DNA of 64,000 bases from positions 11,353-75,352 of the forward strand of contig CACECP010000001.1 in the NCBI GenBank assembly GCA_902558095.1, read 5' to 3'. A program made the position numbers and the translations under genes. Under the pieces are notes generated by a model. It saw nothing but the letters and a program-made list of their open reading frames with translations. It searched no databases and was not told where the DNA came from. The stretch is from an uncultured SAR86 cluster bacterium. Its GTDB lineage: Bacteria; Pseudomonadota; Gammaproteobacteria; Magnimaribacterales; D2472. Shown one piece after another: positions 37,614 to 48,721 of the stretch (its first letter is position 1; every line of letters begins with the position of its first letter).

Positions 37614-39190
37614 AACTGATTCATTGTATTATCTTCACCAGCTGCCTTTAGGGCTGCATCACCAGCAAAATACTCTTTATGATCATCTCCCATATCAGAT
37701 CCAGACATATTTTGATGCTTAACGCATGCTATACCTTGCCTGATTTCTTTTCTTTGAACATTAGCAACATAACCTAACATTCCTTCATCACCAAAATATT
37801 CTTTAGCTAAGTTATCAGTTGATAGGGCGGCTGTGTGGTATGTTGGTAATGTAATTAAATGATGAAATATACCAGCCTCTTTAGAAGCATCAGCTTGAAA
37901 TGTTCTTATTTTGTTATCTGCTTCTATTGCTAATTCTGTATCGTCATATTTTTCATTCATAAGATCACTTCTCTCGTAAGCTGATATATCAATCCCTGAA
38001 TCTTTCATTGAATCAAAAACTTGTTGCCTAAAATTTAATGTCCAGTTAAATGAAGGACTATTGTTATAGACGAGTTTTGCATTTGGTATGATCTTTCTTA
38101 TTTCTTTCATCATTTTACCGATTTGACCAATATGTGGTTTCTCAGTCTCAATCCAAATTAGATCAGCTCCATTTTGAAGACTTGTAATTGAATCAAGTAT
38201 GCAACGTTCTTCGCCAGTTCCCTTTCTAAATTGATATAAATTTGATGGCAGGCGTTTAGGTCTAACAATCTTTCCATTTTGACTGATCATTACATCACCA
38301 TGATTCATATTTTTTTCATTGATTTCTTCTACATCTAAAAATGAATTATATTGATCACCAAGATCTCCTTGTTCATCAGTTATCGCAATTTGTTTAGTTA
38401 AACCAGCTCCAAGAGAATCTGTTCTTGCTACGATAATTCCATCATCAACACCAAGTTCTAAAAACGCATATCTAACAGCATTAATTTTTGCTAAAAAATC
38501 AGCATGAGGTACTGTAACCTTACCATCTTGATGGCCACACTGTTTTTCATCTGATACTTGGTTTTCAATTTGTATTGCACAAGCCCCAGCTTCAATCATT
38601 TGTTTTGCCATTAAATATGTAGCTTCTTCATTTCCAAATCCAGCATCAATATCAGCAATTATTGGCACTATGTGGGTTTCAAAATTATCAATTTTACTTA
38701 TTATTTCAGATCTATTTTTTTCAGACGCATTATCTAATTCTCTAAATAATCCACCAAGCTCTCTAGCATCAGCTTGTTTTAAAAATGTATAAAGTTCATT
38801 AATTAAACTAGCAACTGTAGTTTTTTCATGCATTGATTGGTCAGGCAAAGGACCAAATTCTGATCTTAAAGCAGCAATCATCCAGCCGGATAAATAAAGA
38901 TATTTGCGTTTTGTAGTACCAAAATGTTTCTTTATTGAAATAAGTTTTTGTTGACCAATAAAACCATGCCAACATCCAAGTGATTGTGTGTATTGTGAAG
39001 AGTCATTATCATAGCTCTCCATGTCTTTCCTCATTATACTTGCAGTATATTTTGCTATTTCTATTCCAGTTTTAAATTGGTTTTGTAAACGCATTCTTGC
39101 AACATATTCTGCATTTATCGACGACCAACTAGATGATTTCATATGATTAATGGAGTTTGCACCATCCACACTACTATTAAGTTTTGACAT
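37610..39190 (-). CDS. aceA: Isocitrate lyase (long, Pseudomonas-type form)
   Basis: ICL signature EKQCGHQDGKV. 526 aa. Confidence 0.95.
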   Translation of the reverse strand: MSKLNSSVDGANSINHMKSSSWSSINAEYVARMRLQNQFKTGIEIAKYTASIMRKDMESYDNDSSQYTQSLGCWHGFIGQQKLISIKKHFGTTKRKYLYLSGWMIAALRSEFGPLPDQSMHEKTTVASLINELYTFLKQADARELGGLFRELDNASEKNRSEIISKIDNFETHIVPIIADIDAGFGNEEATYLMAKQMIEAGACAIQIENQVSDEKQCGHQDGKVTVPHADFLAKINAVRYAFLELGVDDGIIVARTDSLGAGLTKQIAITDEQGDLGDQYNSFLDVEEINEKNMNHGDVMISQNGKIVRPKRLPSNLYQFRKGTGEERCILDSITSLQNGADLIWIETEKPHIGQIGKMMKEIRKIIPNAKLVYNNSPSFNWTLNFRQQVFDSMKDSGIDISAYERSDLMNEKYDDTELAIEADNKIRTFQADASKEAGIFHHLITLPTYHTAALSTDNLAKEYFGDEGMLGYVANVQRKEIRQGIACVKHQNMSGSDMGDDHKEYFAGDAALKAAGEDNTMNQF

Positions 39191-39305
39191 AAAATTTCCC
39201 CTGTTATGTAGTGCAGTAAATAATATTTAATAAATTATGTCAATTTATCTAAATATTGCTTATTTAAGGGGTTTATAATGTAGTTTTACTACAAAATTAG
39301 ATTTC

Positions 39306-40652
39306 TTAGAGTTTATTTGACAAACCAATATAAGTCTTTGGTGTTAGTTTTATAAGTTTATTTTTTGAGGCATCAGATATTTGTAAGCCTTTAACAAATT
39401 TTATATAAGACTCTTTGTTTAATTTTTTGCCTCTAGAAAGAGTTTTAAGTTGTTCATATGCATTATCAATACCTTCATACCGCATAACTGTTTGAACTGC
39501 CTCTGTTAAAACTTCCCAATTATCATCAAGCTCATTGTTTATTTTTGATAGATTAGGTTTAACTTTTTCCATACCATTTGCAAGAGATGTTAAAGCTATT
39601 TGTGAATAACCAAAAGTTAGTCCAATATTTCTAAGGACTGTGCTATCAGAAAGGTCTCTTTGTAATCTTGATTTCGTTAATTTATTAACAAAATAATCAT
39701 TTAATGAATTAGAAATTCCAAAATTACCTTCAGCATTTTCAAAATCTATTGGATTAACTTTATGAGGCATCGTTGATGATCCCACTTCATTTTTATAAAC
39801 TTTTAAAGAAAAAATATCATTCGATATATATAGCCACATATCCTGACATAAATCTATACAGATATTATTTAACCTAGTCATAATTTGTGTAGTTTCAGCG
39901 ATCCAATCATGTGGTTCTATTTGAGTTGTATGCGTGTTATGTTGAATGTCATAAGTTTTAAGAAACTTTTTATTATTGTTTGGCCAATTTATCTTATCGT
40001 TTGCAATTAAAAACGTATGATAATTGCCAGTTGCACCGCTAAATTTCGCTTGTGGAGTAACTAGTTTCAATGATTTTATTATTGTTTTAATTCTATTAGA
40101 GAAGACTTTAATTTCTTTACCTAAAGTTGATGGAGATGCAGCTTGTCCGTGTGTTCTTGATAGAAGGCTAATATTTTTCCATCTAGTCGAATAGGAATTC
40201 AGTGATTTAGTGAGCGATTGTAATTTTTGTATATGGATTTTAATTCCAGTTTTAATCATTATTGCATACGCTAATGAATTTACATCTTCACTGGTTAAAC
40301 CAAAATGTATTAAGTGTATATATTTTGCTAATTGTTTATCTTTTAAAAAATAGTCCTTTATAAAATACTCTACAGCCTTAACATCATGGTTTGTTTTTTT
40401 TTCAATTTTTTTTATTTTTAATACATATTTATCTGAAAATTGATTTTTAAAAATACTCAGCTTGTTTTTTAAAGTATTACTAATTTTAAGAAAATGTTTT
40501 GGGTGCTTATCGCACAAGTAAATTAGCCAATCAATCTCTATAATGAATCTTTGTTTAATAAGCTCAGCCTCAGAAAAGCATAATCTTGTATCTAAAATTT
40601 TTGAAGAATACCTATTATCAAGAGGAGAGATGTTGTTGTGTTCAAATTTCAT
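39306..40652 (-). CDS. purB: Adenylosuccinate lyase
   Basis: SPLDNRYSSK N-terminus and the fumarate-lyase signature GSSTMPHKVNP. Confidence 0.95.
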   Translation of the reverse strand: MKFEHNNISPLDNRYSSKILDTRLCFSEAELIKQRFIIEIDWLIYLCDKHPKHFLKISNTLKNKLSIFKNQFSDKYVLKIKKIEKKTNHDVKAVEYFIKDYFLKDKQLAKYIHLIHFGLTSEDVNSLAYAIMIKTGIKIHIQKLQSLTKSLNSYSTRWKNISLLSRTHGQAASPSTLGKEIKVFSNRIKTIIKSLKLVTPQAKFSGATGNYHTFLIANDKINWPNNNKKFLKTYDIQHNTHTTQIEPHDWIAETTQIMTRLNNICIDLCQDMWLYISNDIFSLKVYKNEVGSSTMPHKVNPIDFENAEGNFGISNSLNDYFVNKLTKSRLQRDLSDSTVLRNIGLTFGYSQIALTSLANGMEKVKPNLSKINNELDDNWEVLTEAVQTVMRYEGIDNAYEQLKTLSRGKKLNKESYIKFVKGLQISDASKNKLIKLTPKTYIGLSNKL

Positions 40653-40687
40653 AAAATATTTAAAGCATTATTATAGATTTATTTATA

Positions 40688-41791
40688 TTAAAAAGCTTTA
40701 GAAATAACACCACCGCCTAAGCATATATTATCTTTATAAAATACAGCCGATTGTCCTGGTGCTACACCTCTAATAGTATTTTCAAAATCTATAATATATT
40801 TATTTTCTTTGTATATGATTTTGCAATTTATGGGTTTGTGTTGATGTCTTATTTGAACCAAACAATCAATTTCATTTTTACAAGGCTCATCATTAATCCA
40901 AGAAATGGTATTACACTCCAAGCCACTACTAAAAAGAAGTCTGTTGTCTACACCTTGACATACATATATTTCATTTTTGTTTATATCTTTCTTATAAACA
41001 TACCAAGGTAGATCGTCCTTACCCTTGATACCTCCAACTTGAAGGCCTTGTCTCTGCCCAATTGTATATAAGGTTGCTCCGTTATGTTCGCCAATTAAAT
41101 CATTATTGTGATCATATATTGGACCCTTTGTAAGTTTAATAAACCTACCAAGGAAATCTTTCATATTTTTTTCACCAACAAAACAAATTCCAACAGAATC
41201 CTTTTTTGTGGAAACATCAAGACCAATCTCCTCAGCAATTTGTCTAACTTCATTTTTCAATAAATTTTCTAATGGGAAAATACATTTTATAAACTCTGAT
41301 TCTTTTACCTCATGTAGAAAATATGTTTGATCTTTATCTTTATCCTTTGCTCTATGTAAATAAGGTCTACCATTGTTATATTTAAGCGAAGCATAGTGAC
41401 CAGTTGCGATATAGTCAGCTCCTATAGAAATTGCATAATTTAAGAATGATTTAAATTTTATCTCTCGATTGCATAAAATATCAGGGTTTGGTGTTCTTCC
41501 AGCTTTGTGTTCATTAAGAAACTCTTCAAATACCTTATTCCAATAGTCGTCAGAAAAATTTGCCTTATGTAATGGTATTTCTAATTTATCACAGACATCT
41601 GATGCATCTTTAAAGTCAATCTCAGAAGTGCATTCTTCACCTGGTTCACTCTGCCAATTTTGCATAAATAATCCAATAACTTCATAACCTTTTTGCTTTA
41701 ATAGGTATGCACTTACAGAAGAATCAACACCACCTGACATTCCAACTATTACTTTTTTATTAGTTTTATTCATTGATTTAAATAAATACAA
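40688..41791 (-). CDS. mnmA: tRNA-specific 2-thiouridylase
   Basis: PP-loop VGMSGGVDSSVSA, NPDILCN, KDQTYFL. Confidence 0.95.
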   Translation of the reverse strand: MYLFKSMNKTNKKVIVGMSGGVDSSVSAYLLKQKGYEVIGLFMQNWQSEPGEECTSEIDFKDASDVCDKLEIPLHKANFSDDYWNKVFEEFLNEHKAGRTPNPDILCNREIKFKSFLNYAISIGADYIATGHYASLKYNNGRPYLHRAKDKDKDQTYFLHEVKESEFIKCIFPLENLLKNEVRQIAEEIGLDVSTKKDSVGICFVGEKNMKDFLGRFIKLTKGPIYDHNNDLIGEHNGATLYTIGQRQGLQVGGIKGKDDLPWYVYKKDINKNEIYVCQGVDNRLLFSSGLECNTISWINDEPCKNEIDCLVQIRHQHKPINCKIIYKENKYIIDFENTIRGVAPGQSAVFYKDNICLGGGVISKAF

Positions 41792-41864
41792 TTATTAATA
41801 CTTTAGGAGTATAATTATCACCGATTTTAACTTCAAAAACTTATTTTAGAGGCTTTATTACCCA

Positions 41865-43118
41865 ATGAGTTACAAAAAAATAAAAATACCAAAAAAAGGT
41901 CAAAAAATATCTTACATAGATGGTAAATTAGTCGTACCAGATAATCCTATTATTCCATTTATTGAAGGAGATGGTATAGGTATTGATATAACGCCCCCAA
42001 TGATTAACGTTGTAAATGAGGCTGTTAAAATTGCATATAATGGGAAAAAAAAGATTGAATGGATGGAAGTTTTTTGTGGTGAAAAAGCTACAAAAAAGTA
42101 CGATAAAGACACATGGTTACCTGATGAGACAATCGATGCTCTTAAAGAATATGTTGTTAGTATTAAAGGCCCACTAACAACCCCTGTTGGTGGTGGCATT
42201 AGATCATTAAACGTTTCATTGCGACAAATTTTAGATCTTTACGTTTGTTTAAGACCAATACGCTATTTTGAGGGAGTTCCTTCGCCTGTAAAAAGACCGC
42301 AAGATGTAGATATGGTAATTTTTAGAGAAAATTCAGAAGATATATACTGCGGTGTTGAGTTTGAGGCTAATTCAAAAGAATCAGATAAACTTCTTCAAAT
42401 ATTAAAAAAAGATTTTGATGTAACAAAAGTAAGATTTGATGAAAATGTTGGTATCGGTGTTAAACCAATATCTAAATCAGGTACAGAAAGATTGGTTAAA
42501 AAAGCTATTGACTATGCTATAGATAACAATAGATCTTCTGTTACTTTAGTTCATAAAGGTAACATCATGAAATTTACTGAAGGTGCATTTAGAGACTGGG
42601 GTTACGACTTAGCAAAAAGAGATTATGGCGGTGTAGAAATAGAAGAGGGACCATGGCAAGAAATTATTAATCCCAATAATGGAAAAAAGATAATTATTAA
42701 AGATGTAATTTGTGATGCTTTTCTACAACAAATTGTCTTAAGGCCTACAGATTATGATGTTATTGCAACAATGAATTTAAATGGAGATTATATATCTGAT
42801 GCATTAGCAGCAATGGTTGGAGGTATTGGAATTGCTCCTGGTGCAAATATATCAGATAGCTATGCTGTTTTTGAGGCTACTCATGGAACAGCGCCAAAAT
42901 ATGCTGGAAAAAATCAGGTAAATCCAGGAAGCCTAATTTTATCTGCAGAAATGATGTTACGTCACATGGGATGGATTGAAGCAGCAGATATTTTAGTAAA
43001 TTCAATGGATAGAACAATAGGTGCTAAAAAAGTTACTTATGATTTTGCAAGAATGATGACTGATGCTGATAAAGTTACTTCATCAGGCTTTGCAGATGAA
43101 ATGATTAAAAGAATGTAA
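41865..43118 (+). CDS. icd: NADP-dependent isocitrate dehydrogenase (homodimeric type)
   Basis: [21 protein letters not shown] (regulatory Ser position conserved) and [10 protein letters not shown]. 417 aa. Confidence 0.95.
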   Translation: MSYKKIKIPKKGQKISYIDGKLVVPDNPIIPFIEGDGIGIDITPPMINVVNEAVKIAYNGKKKIEWMEVFCGEKATKKYDKDTWLPDETIDALKEYVVSIKGPLTTPVGGGIRSLNVSLRQILDLYVCLRPIRYFEGVPSPVKRPQDVDMVIFRENSEDIYCGVEFEANSKESDKLLQILKKDFDVTKVRFDENVGIGVKPISKSGTERLVKKAIDYAIDNNRSSVTLVHKGNIMKFTEGAFRDWGYDLAKRDYGGVEIEEGPWQEIINPNNGKKIIIKDVICDAFLQQIVLRPTDYDVIATMNLNGDYISDALAAMVGGIGIAPGANISDSYAVFEATHGTAPKYAGKNQVNPGSLILSAEMMLRHMGWIEAADILVNSMDRTIGAKKVTYDFARMMTDADKVTSSGFADEMIKRM

Positions 43119-43459
43119 TGTTTATATTATCGAAAGATAATGTTATAGACTCATCTAATGATCTGGGTTCTGTTGTATTAGAAAAAGATCCAGAGGTTAA
43201 AGAGCCGCCCTCATATCAAGTTATACTTTTAAATGATGATTATACACCTATGGAATTTGTAGTTTTTGTTCTTCAAAGCGTATTTGGCCATAATCATCAA
43301 AAATCAACTGAAATAATGATGACTGTTCATACAAAAGGCAAGGGTGTTTGTGGTATATTTTCTAAAGAGATTGCAGAAATGATGTCATTTGAGGTAAATA
43401 CAATGGCAAAAGATCATGGGCATCCATTATTAAGTGAAATTGAACCATTAACAGATTAA
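43118..43459 (+). CDS. clpS: ATP-dependent Clp protease adaptor ClpS
   Basis: YQVILLNDDYTPMEFVVFVLQSVF. TAATG overlap with icd. Confidence 0.95.
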   Translation: MFILSKDNVIDSSNDLGSVVLEKDPEVKEPPSYQVILLNDDYTPMEFVVFVLQSVFGHNHQKSTEIMMTVHTKGKGVCGIFSKEIAEMMSFEVNTMAKDHGHPLLSEIEPLTD

Positions 43460-45700
43460 ATGTTTAGTAAAGAATTAGAACTATCTATCGCAAGTCTTTT
43501 TGATAAAGCTCATGAGGCCAGTATTCAATATATAACTGTTGAACATCTTTTATTAATGATAATTAATGATTTTGATGTAAAAGAGTTTTTTAAGTCTGAA
43601 AATGTCTCTATAGAAAATTTAAAAAATGATTTAGAAGAGCATTTAAAAAAAACAGTTGTATCAAAAATTGATCAACAAAAGCCTGTACAACCTACACTTG
43701 GTTTTCAAAGGGTTCTTCAAAGAGCTGTCTTCCATATTCAGTCTTCAGGTAAGGGAGTTGTAAAACCTATAAATATTCTAGTTGCTATATTCTCTGAAAA
43801 AGAAACTCATTCAGTATTCTTATTGAATAAACTTAAGTTAAGCAGACTTGATGTTGTCACTTACTTATCACATGGCCCAAAAGATTTAAAAGATTCGATT
43901 AACGATTTAGATGAGCAAAGTGATGATAAAAAAATCAAATCAATAAATGAAAACGAATACCTAATTAATTTAAATAATCTCGTTAAGAATAATAAAGTAG
44001 ATAAAGTTGTAGGCAGAAAAAAAGAAATAGAAAGGTTAATCCAAATTCTTTCAAGACGAAATAAAAATAATCCTTTGTTAGTAGGTGAGTCAGGAGTTGG
44101 TAAAACAGCAATTGCTGAAGGCCTTGCTTACTTGATATCAAATAAAAATGTCCCGTCAATTATTGAAAATACTACTGTATATTCTCTTGATATTGCTGCA
44201 TTAATAGCAGGAACAAAATATAGAGGCGATTTTGAAAAAAGATTAAAAAATGTTCTTAATTTTTTATCAAAAGAAGACAATCCAATTCTTTTTATTGATG
44301 AAATCCATACAATCATTGGAGCTGGTTCTGCATCTGGTGGCTCACTCGATGTATCTAATCTTCTTAAGCCAGCTTTGGGTAAAGGGCAAATAAGATGTAT
44401 AGGATCAACTACTTTTCAAGAATATCGAGGTATTTTTAATCAAAATCAAGCATTATCTCGTAGATTTCAAAAAATCGATGTAACCGAACCATCATATGAT
44501 GAATGTGAGGAAATACTTAACGGAATTAAAGATATTTATGAAAGCTATCATGATGTTAAATATACTGATGAATCAATTAAATCAGCGGTAGAATTATCTT
44601 CAAAATACATTAATGATAGATTCTTACCTGATAAAGCAATAGATGTGATTGATGAAACTGGCGCGTTATTAAACATTAAGCGAAAAAATACTAAGTCTAT
44701 AAAGGTCACCAAAAAACATATTGAAATGACAATTTCAAAAATAACCAAAATACCAGAAGAATCTATCTCAGTATCTGATAAAAAAAATCTTAGAAACATA
44801 GAAGAAAATTTAAAGAGAGTAATATTTGGTCAGGATCAAGCTGTAGAAACATTATCTAATGCAATCAAATTATCTAGAGTAGGTTTAAGAGATGAGAATA
44901 AAACTATTGGATCTTTTCTTTTTACTGGGCCTACTGGTGTTGGTAAAACAGAAATATCTAAACAATTAGCAGAGATAATGGGTATTGATTTAGTTAGATT
45001 TGATATGAGTGAATATATGGAAAGACATACAGTCTCTAGACTGATTGGTGCTCCTCCTGGTTATGTTGGATTTGATCAAGGAGGACTTCTAACTGAAGCT
45101 ATAGTAAAGACACCTCACTGCGTTCTTTTATTAGATGAAATTGAAAAAGCTCACCCTGACATATTTAATATTCTCCTTCAAGTAATGGATGCAGGAGTTT
45201 TAACTGATAATAATGGAAGAAAGTCTGATTTTAGAAATGTTATTTTAATAATGACAACTAATATAGGTGCAGAGTTGCTAAGTAAGAGAAGTATAGGCTT
45301 TTCTGAGACATCTAATGAAACTGATGCAATGAACTCACTTAATAAACTTTTCTCTCCTGAATTCAGAAACAGATTAGATGAAACTATTCAATTTAATTAT
45401 CTAGATAAAAATATTATTTTATCTATTGTTGATAAGTTCCTTGTTAAACTTCAAGCTCAACTTGATAAAAGAAATGTTGAAATTGTAGTATCAAAAAGGG
45501 TGGTTAATTGGATAGCTGAAAACGGATATCATAAAGAAATGGGTGCCAGACCTATGGAAAGATTCATATCACAAAATATTAAAAAACCATTAGTTGATAA
45601 GTTATTATTTGGCAATTTAAAATCTGGTGGTGTTATCAAATTAGATATGGAAAAAGGAGAGCTTAAATTTCTTGATATTAAATCTAAAGTAAAAGCTTAG
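43460..45700 (+). CDS. clpA: ATP-dependent Clp protease ATP-binding subunit ClpA
   Basis: Two AAA+ modules (GESGVGKTAI and GPTGVGKTE). 746 aa. Starts directly after the clpS stop. Confidence 0.95.
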   Translation: MFSKELELSIASLFDKAHEASIQYITVEHLLLMIINDFDVKEFFKSENVSIENLKNDLEEHLKKTVVSKIDQQKPVQPTLGFQRVLQRAVFHIQSSGKGVVKPINILVAIFSEKETHSVFLLNKLKLSRLDVVTYLSHGPKDLKDSINDLDEQSDDKKIKSINENEYLINLNNLVKNNKVDKVVGRKKEIERLIQILSRRNKNNPLLVGESGVGKTAIAEGLAYLISNKNVPSIIENTTVYSLDIAALIAGTKYRGDFEKRLKNVLNFLSKEDNPILFIDEIHTIIGAGSASGGSLDVSNLLKPALGKGQIRCIGSTTFQEYRGIFNQNQALSRRFQKIDVTEPSYDECEEILNGIKDIYESYHDVKYTDESIKSAVELSSKYINDRFLPDKAIDVIDETGALLNIKRKNTKSIKVTKKHIEMTISKITKIPEESISVSDKKNLRNIEENLKRVIFGQDQAVETLSNAIKLSRVGLRDENKTIGSFLFTGPTGVGKTEISKQLAEIMGIDLVRFDMSEYMERHTVSRLIGAPPGYVGFDQGGLLTEAIVKTPHCVLLLDEIEKAHPDIFNILLQVMDAGVLTDNNGRKSDFRNVILIMTTNIGAELLSKRSIGFSETSNETDAMNSLNKLFSPEFRNRLDETIQFNYLDKNIILSIVDKFLVKLQAQLDKRNVEIVVSKRVVNWIAENGYHKEMGARPMERFISQNIKKPLVDKLLFGNLKSGGVIKLDMEKGELKFLDIKSKVKA

Positions 45701-45701
45701 T

Positions 45702-45920
45702 TTATCTGCCTCTAAAAGTAATTCTTCCTACAGATAAATCATATGGTGTCATTTCAACTTTAACCTTATCACCAGTTAGGATCCTTATATAATGCTTACG
45801 CATCTTTCCTGATATATGGGCAGTAATGATATGGTCGTTTTCTAATTTAACTTTAAACTTAGTATTTGGGAGTGTTTCAATAACCTCTCCCTCAAACTCT
45901 AATTGATCTTCTTTTGACAT
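45702..45920 (-). CDS. infA: Translation initiation factor IF-1
   Basis: 72 aa. [48 protein letters not shown]. Confidence 0.97.
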   Translation of the reverse strand: MSKEDQLEFEGEVIETLPNTKFKVKLENDHIITAHISGKMRKHYIRILTGDKVKVEMTPYDLSVGRITFRGR

Positions 45921-45998
45921 AGGATTGCATTTTAAACTAATTAATTGATTTATAAAATTTAATTAATATTTTTTTTGAAAAATATTATAATTTAATTA

Positions 45999-48596
45999 AT
46001 GAAAAAGTTATCTTTTATAAAATTATTTTCATGCATATTAATTATCACTTCATGTGGAGGAGGGGGTTCAGCACCATTCGCTCTTACTTTGCCAAATCTA
46101 TCTACAGTATCAATCAATGAAGATAATCCATATAGCACTGTAATTGGAGCAACAACTAATTACAGGTCAATAATAAGTTATCAAATACTAAGTTCTACTA
46201 TAAATGGAACATCTGAAGTAACTTCATCTGGAAGTTATAGCTATTTACCAAATCAAGATTTCTTCGGAAATGATAATGTAACAATACAAATTAAAGCTGA
46301 AAGAGTTGGAGATGATAACCTTACTACAGGTGAAATTCTTACCAAATCTTTATCCCTTTCTATTGTTATTAATCCAGTAAACGACCCACCAGTAATAAAT
46401 ATAACTGATGAATTAAATAATTTTAGTGATCTAAATCTTATGTTAAATGATACTGTTGATGTGCAAGTTAATATCATTGATGTTGATAATGATCTTTCTG
46501 AATTAACTTTCTATGGTCAATTGCCAAGCGAAACAGTGAATGCAGAGATGGACATAACAAATGAGCAACAAAACTTAATTTTTAATCTTAATAACATTCA
46601 AACAGCAGGGCTATTTACAATGTCGATATGTGCAGACGATGGAACTGATCTTACCTGTGAAGGAAATCTAGAGGCATATTTTATTTCTGATAAAAATATA
46701 AAAACTGTTACATATAATTGTGATGAAAACGGTGAAAATTGTTCAACTAATGATCAATATTTATATTATTTAGTTGGAGGATCTAATTCAACTGCAAAAA
46801 CAGAATATATTTTTATTGCCGATCAAATAAATGACTCAAATGACAGTGAAGAATTTCATTTAAGACTTCTTGAATCAGTAAATAATCTTAGAGACTCTGA
46901 TGCAAGTGAAGTTTTTAATGACTATTTTAATATCAGAGTTTTAGAAGAATCAGATCCTACTGGTGCTTCTATTTTTACAATTGAAAAGGGTTGTTATGCT
47001 AATTGGGATGAAAGAATTTATTGCATAGGTAATGTCGATAGAGGGATGATTGGAGATGTGGTTGGAGACTGGAATGTAGTATCTTTTTTAACAACACTAG
47101 AAGGTAGAGGTGTTGCTCAGGGAGCTGTAAACATTCAACCTCTATCTTCAAGATCAGCTGAAATTGTTCAACATGAATTGGGACACTCACATGGATTTAT
47201 GGGAGACGAATATGATTCAAGAGGAGAAAGAACATTTCCATCTTGGTATGCAGAGTTTAGTGTAAATACCACAGCGGTTTCTGACCCGTCTTTAGTTAAA
47301 TGGAATCACTTTATTGAAGACATGACTAATGTACCAGGTGTTGATTATGATGTTTGCTATAACTATCCAGACGGAGATATATATTATCGAGATGATATTG
47401 AATATGCTGATTGCGAATGTTATATGAATACATATGACGAAAATCATCCAGAGTATGATCCAAATTATCCTGGTATAAATGAAGATGACTCATGTAGAGA
47501 TAAAATAGGGCTGTTCCAAGGAACTTATTATGATGAGGTAGACACATACAGACCAAAATGGATAAGTGTAATGTGGTGTTGTTTTCTTGATTATGGAAAA
47601 ATAAATGTTGAAGGCTTTGCGATTGGATCAATTACAAATCAATTTAACGGATTTAATGATTTTATAATCAAATCAGATACTGGTGATGATATTGATTTGG
47701 ATAACTCTGAATCTCTGGGTGAATACATAACGTTTGATGTTAATGGAGTATTTGATACAAATAAACTTAAATTATCATGGTATTTAGATGGAACTGAGCA
47801 AATAGATCTTGAAAATCAGCTAGAAGTAACTTTTGATAGGCCTGATGATGATGCTATGACTACATATTCCTGGCAAGTACATGATCTTTCTGGAAATATG
47901 ATCGCTCCAAATGATCCATTAAATCCTAGAGATTTATACGAGGGTATCTTTAATATGTGGTCATATTACGATCCAGATCCAAATACAAATCCTAATAATA
48001 ACCCTAATTATCCATATGTTGGTACATGGTACTGGCATAGAACAACTGGAGTTAATGATACAGATGATACTGTTGATTTATCAAATATTGATAATTATTT
48101 ATATGCAGAACAATGTTGCGCATTAGGTTATGGTTATAAGATAAACTGGAAAAATTACAAACCATCAACAACGCCTTCATATGTTTCAAATAAGTATCAA
48201 AGAAAAAACTTCTTTAATACGAAGGCCAGGGTTGGCGAACAAGAAAACATTATTACAGTTAATTTATCTAACTCAAATATAGATATAAATAATTTACAAG
48301 TTAACGAAGCACAAAGAGAATTTATTAAAAATAATAGTATTAGTTTTAAAGATAAATACATGATTACATTTCATGATAACGATATGAAACCAATATACAC
48401 TCTGGGCTTAGGAAATCCGTTTGAGACTAGATTTCAACATATAGGTTTTGAAAAAGAGAGCATATATAACGTTGAAATACCAATAAAAAACTACAAGATA
48501 GCTTTCCCAAAAGACCTAGATGCTTATTTTATAACTTATAGTAAAAGGTCTAATAACAATACTTTTGAAGCAATTGAGGTTATTAAACTAAAATAA
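45999..48596 (+). CDS. Large lipoprotein: cadherin/Ig-like N-terminal domain plus M64-like (IgA-peptidase family) zinc metallopeptidase domain
   Basis: Lipobox ITSCGGGGS. A domain ending in INPVNDPPV. Zinc motif VQHELGHSHGFMGDEYD, which resembles the M64 HExxH...DEY signature. Confidence 0.6.
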   Translation: MKKLSFIKLFSCILIITSCGGGGSAPFALTLPNLSTVSINEDNPYSTVIGATTNYRSIISYQILSSTINGTSEVTSSGSYSYLPNQDFFGNDNVTIQIKAERVGDDNLTTGEILTKSLSLSIVINPVNDPPVINITDELNNFSDLNLMLNDTVDVQVNIIDVDNDLSELTFYGQLPSETVNAEMDITNEQQNLIFNLNNIQTAGLFTMSICADDGTDLTCEGNLEAYFISDKNIKTVTYNCDENGENCSTNDQYLYYLVGGSNSTAKTEYIFIADQINDSNDSEEFHLRLLESVNNLRDSDASEVFNDYFNIRVLEESDPTGASIFTIEKGCYANWDERIYCIGNVDRGMIGDVVGDWNVVSFLTTLEGRGVAQGAVNIQPLSSRSAEIVQHELGHSHGFMGDEYDSRGERTFPSWYAEFSVNTTAVSDPSLVKWNHFIEDMTNVPGVDYDVCYNYPDGDIYYRDDIEYADCECYMNTYDENHPEYDPNYPGINEDDSCRDKIGLFQGTYYDEVDTYRPKWISVMWCCFLDYGKINVEGFAIGSITNQFNGFNDFIIKSDTGDDIDLDNSESLGEYITFDVNGVFDTNKLKLSWYLDGTEQIDLENQLEVTFDRPDDDAMTTYSWQVHDLSGNMIAPNDPLNPRDLYEGIFNMWSYYDPDPNTNPNNNPNYPYVGTWYWHRTTGVNDTDDTVDLSNIDNYLYAEQCCALGYGYKINWKNYKPSTTPSYVSNKYQRKNFFNTKARVGEQENIITVNLSNSNIDINNLQVNEAQREFIKNNSISFKDKYMITFHDNDMKPIYTLGLGNPFETRFQHIGFEKESIYNVEIPIKNYKIAFPKDLDAYFITYSKRSNNNTFEAIEVIKLK

Positions 48597-48660
48597 CTTG
48601 ATCTAAGTAAACATAATATATATTATGCGAACTGTATAATGTACTTACATTAGAAAATGT

Positions 48661-48714
48661 ATATACCCTTTTATTAACTATTAATATAGATAATTAAATA
48701 TATAAAGGGTATAT
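48661..48714 (+). promoter_or_regulatory. 11-bp perfect inverted repeat (ATATACCCTTT / AAAGGGTATAT) with 32-nt spacer upstream of the small lipoprotein gene
   Basis: Arms at 48661-48671 and 48704-48714. The right arm contains the only purine-rich SD-like stretch (AAAGGG) before the ATG at 48722. Confidence 0.35.
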
Positions 48715-48721
48715 TTAAATA

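Noticed and set aside
39279-39293. TGTAG-TTTTA-CTACA hairpin just downstream of purB as a terminator.
   Set aside because: The stem is only 5 bp and AT-rich, with no proper T-tract on the minus strand. It is indistinguishable from chance in this composition.
45700-45702. Expected tRNA between clpA and infA (E. coli carries serW there).
   Set aside because: The clpA stop and the infA stop are separated by a single nucleotide, so there is no room for an RNA gene. No other spacer in the window has the length or G+C-rich stems of a tRNA.
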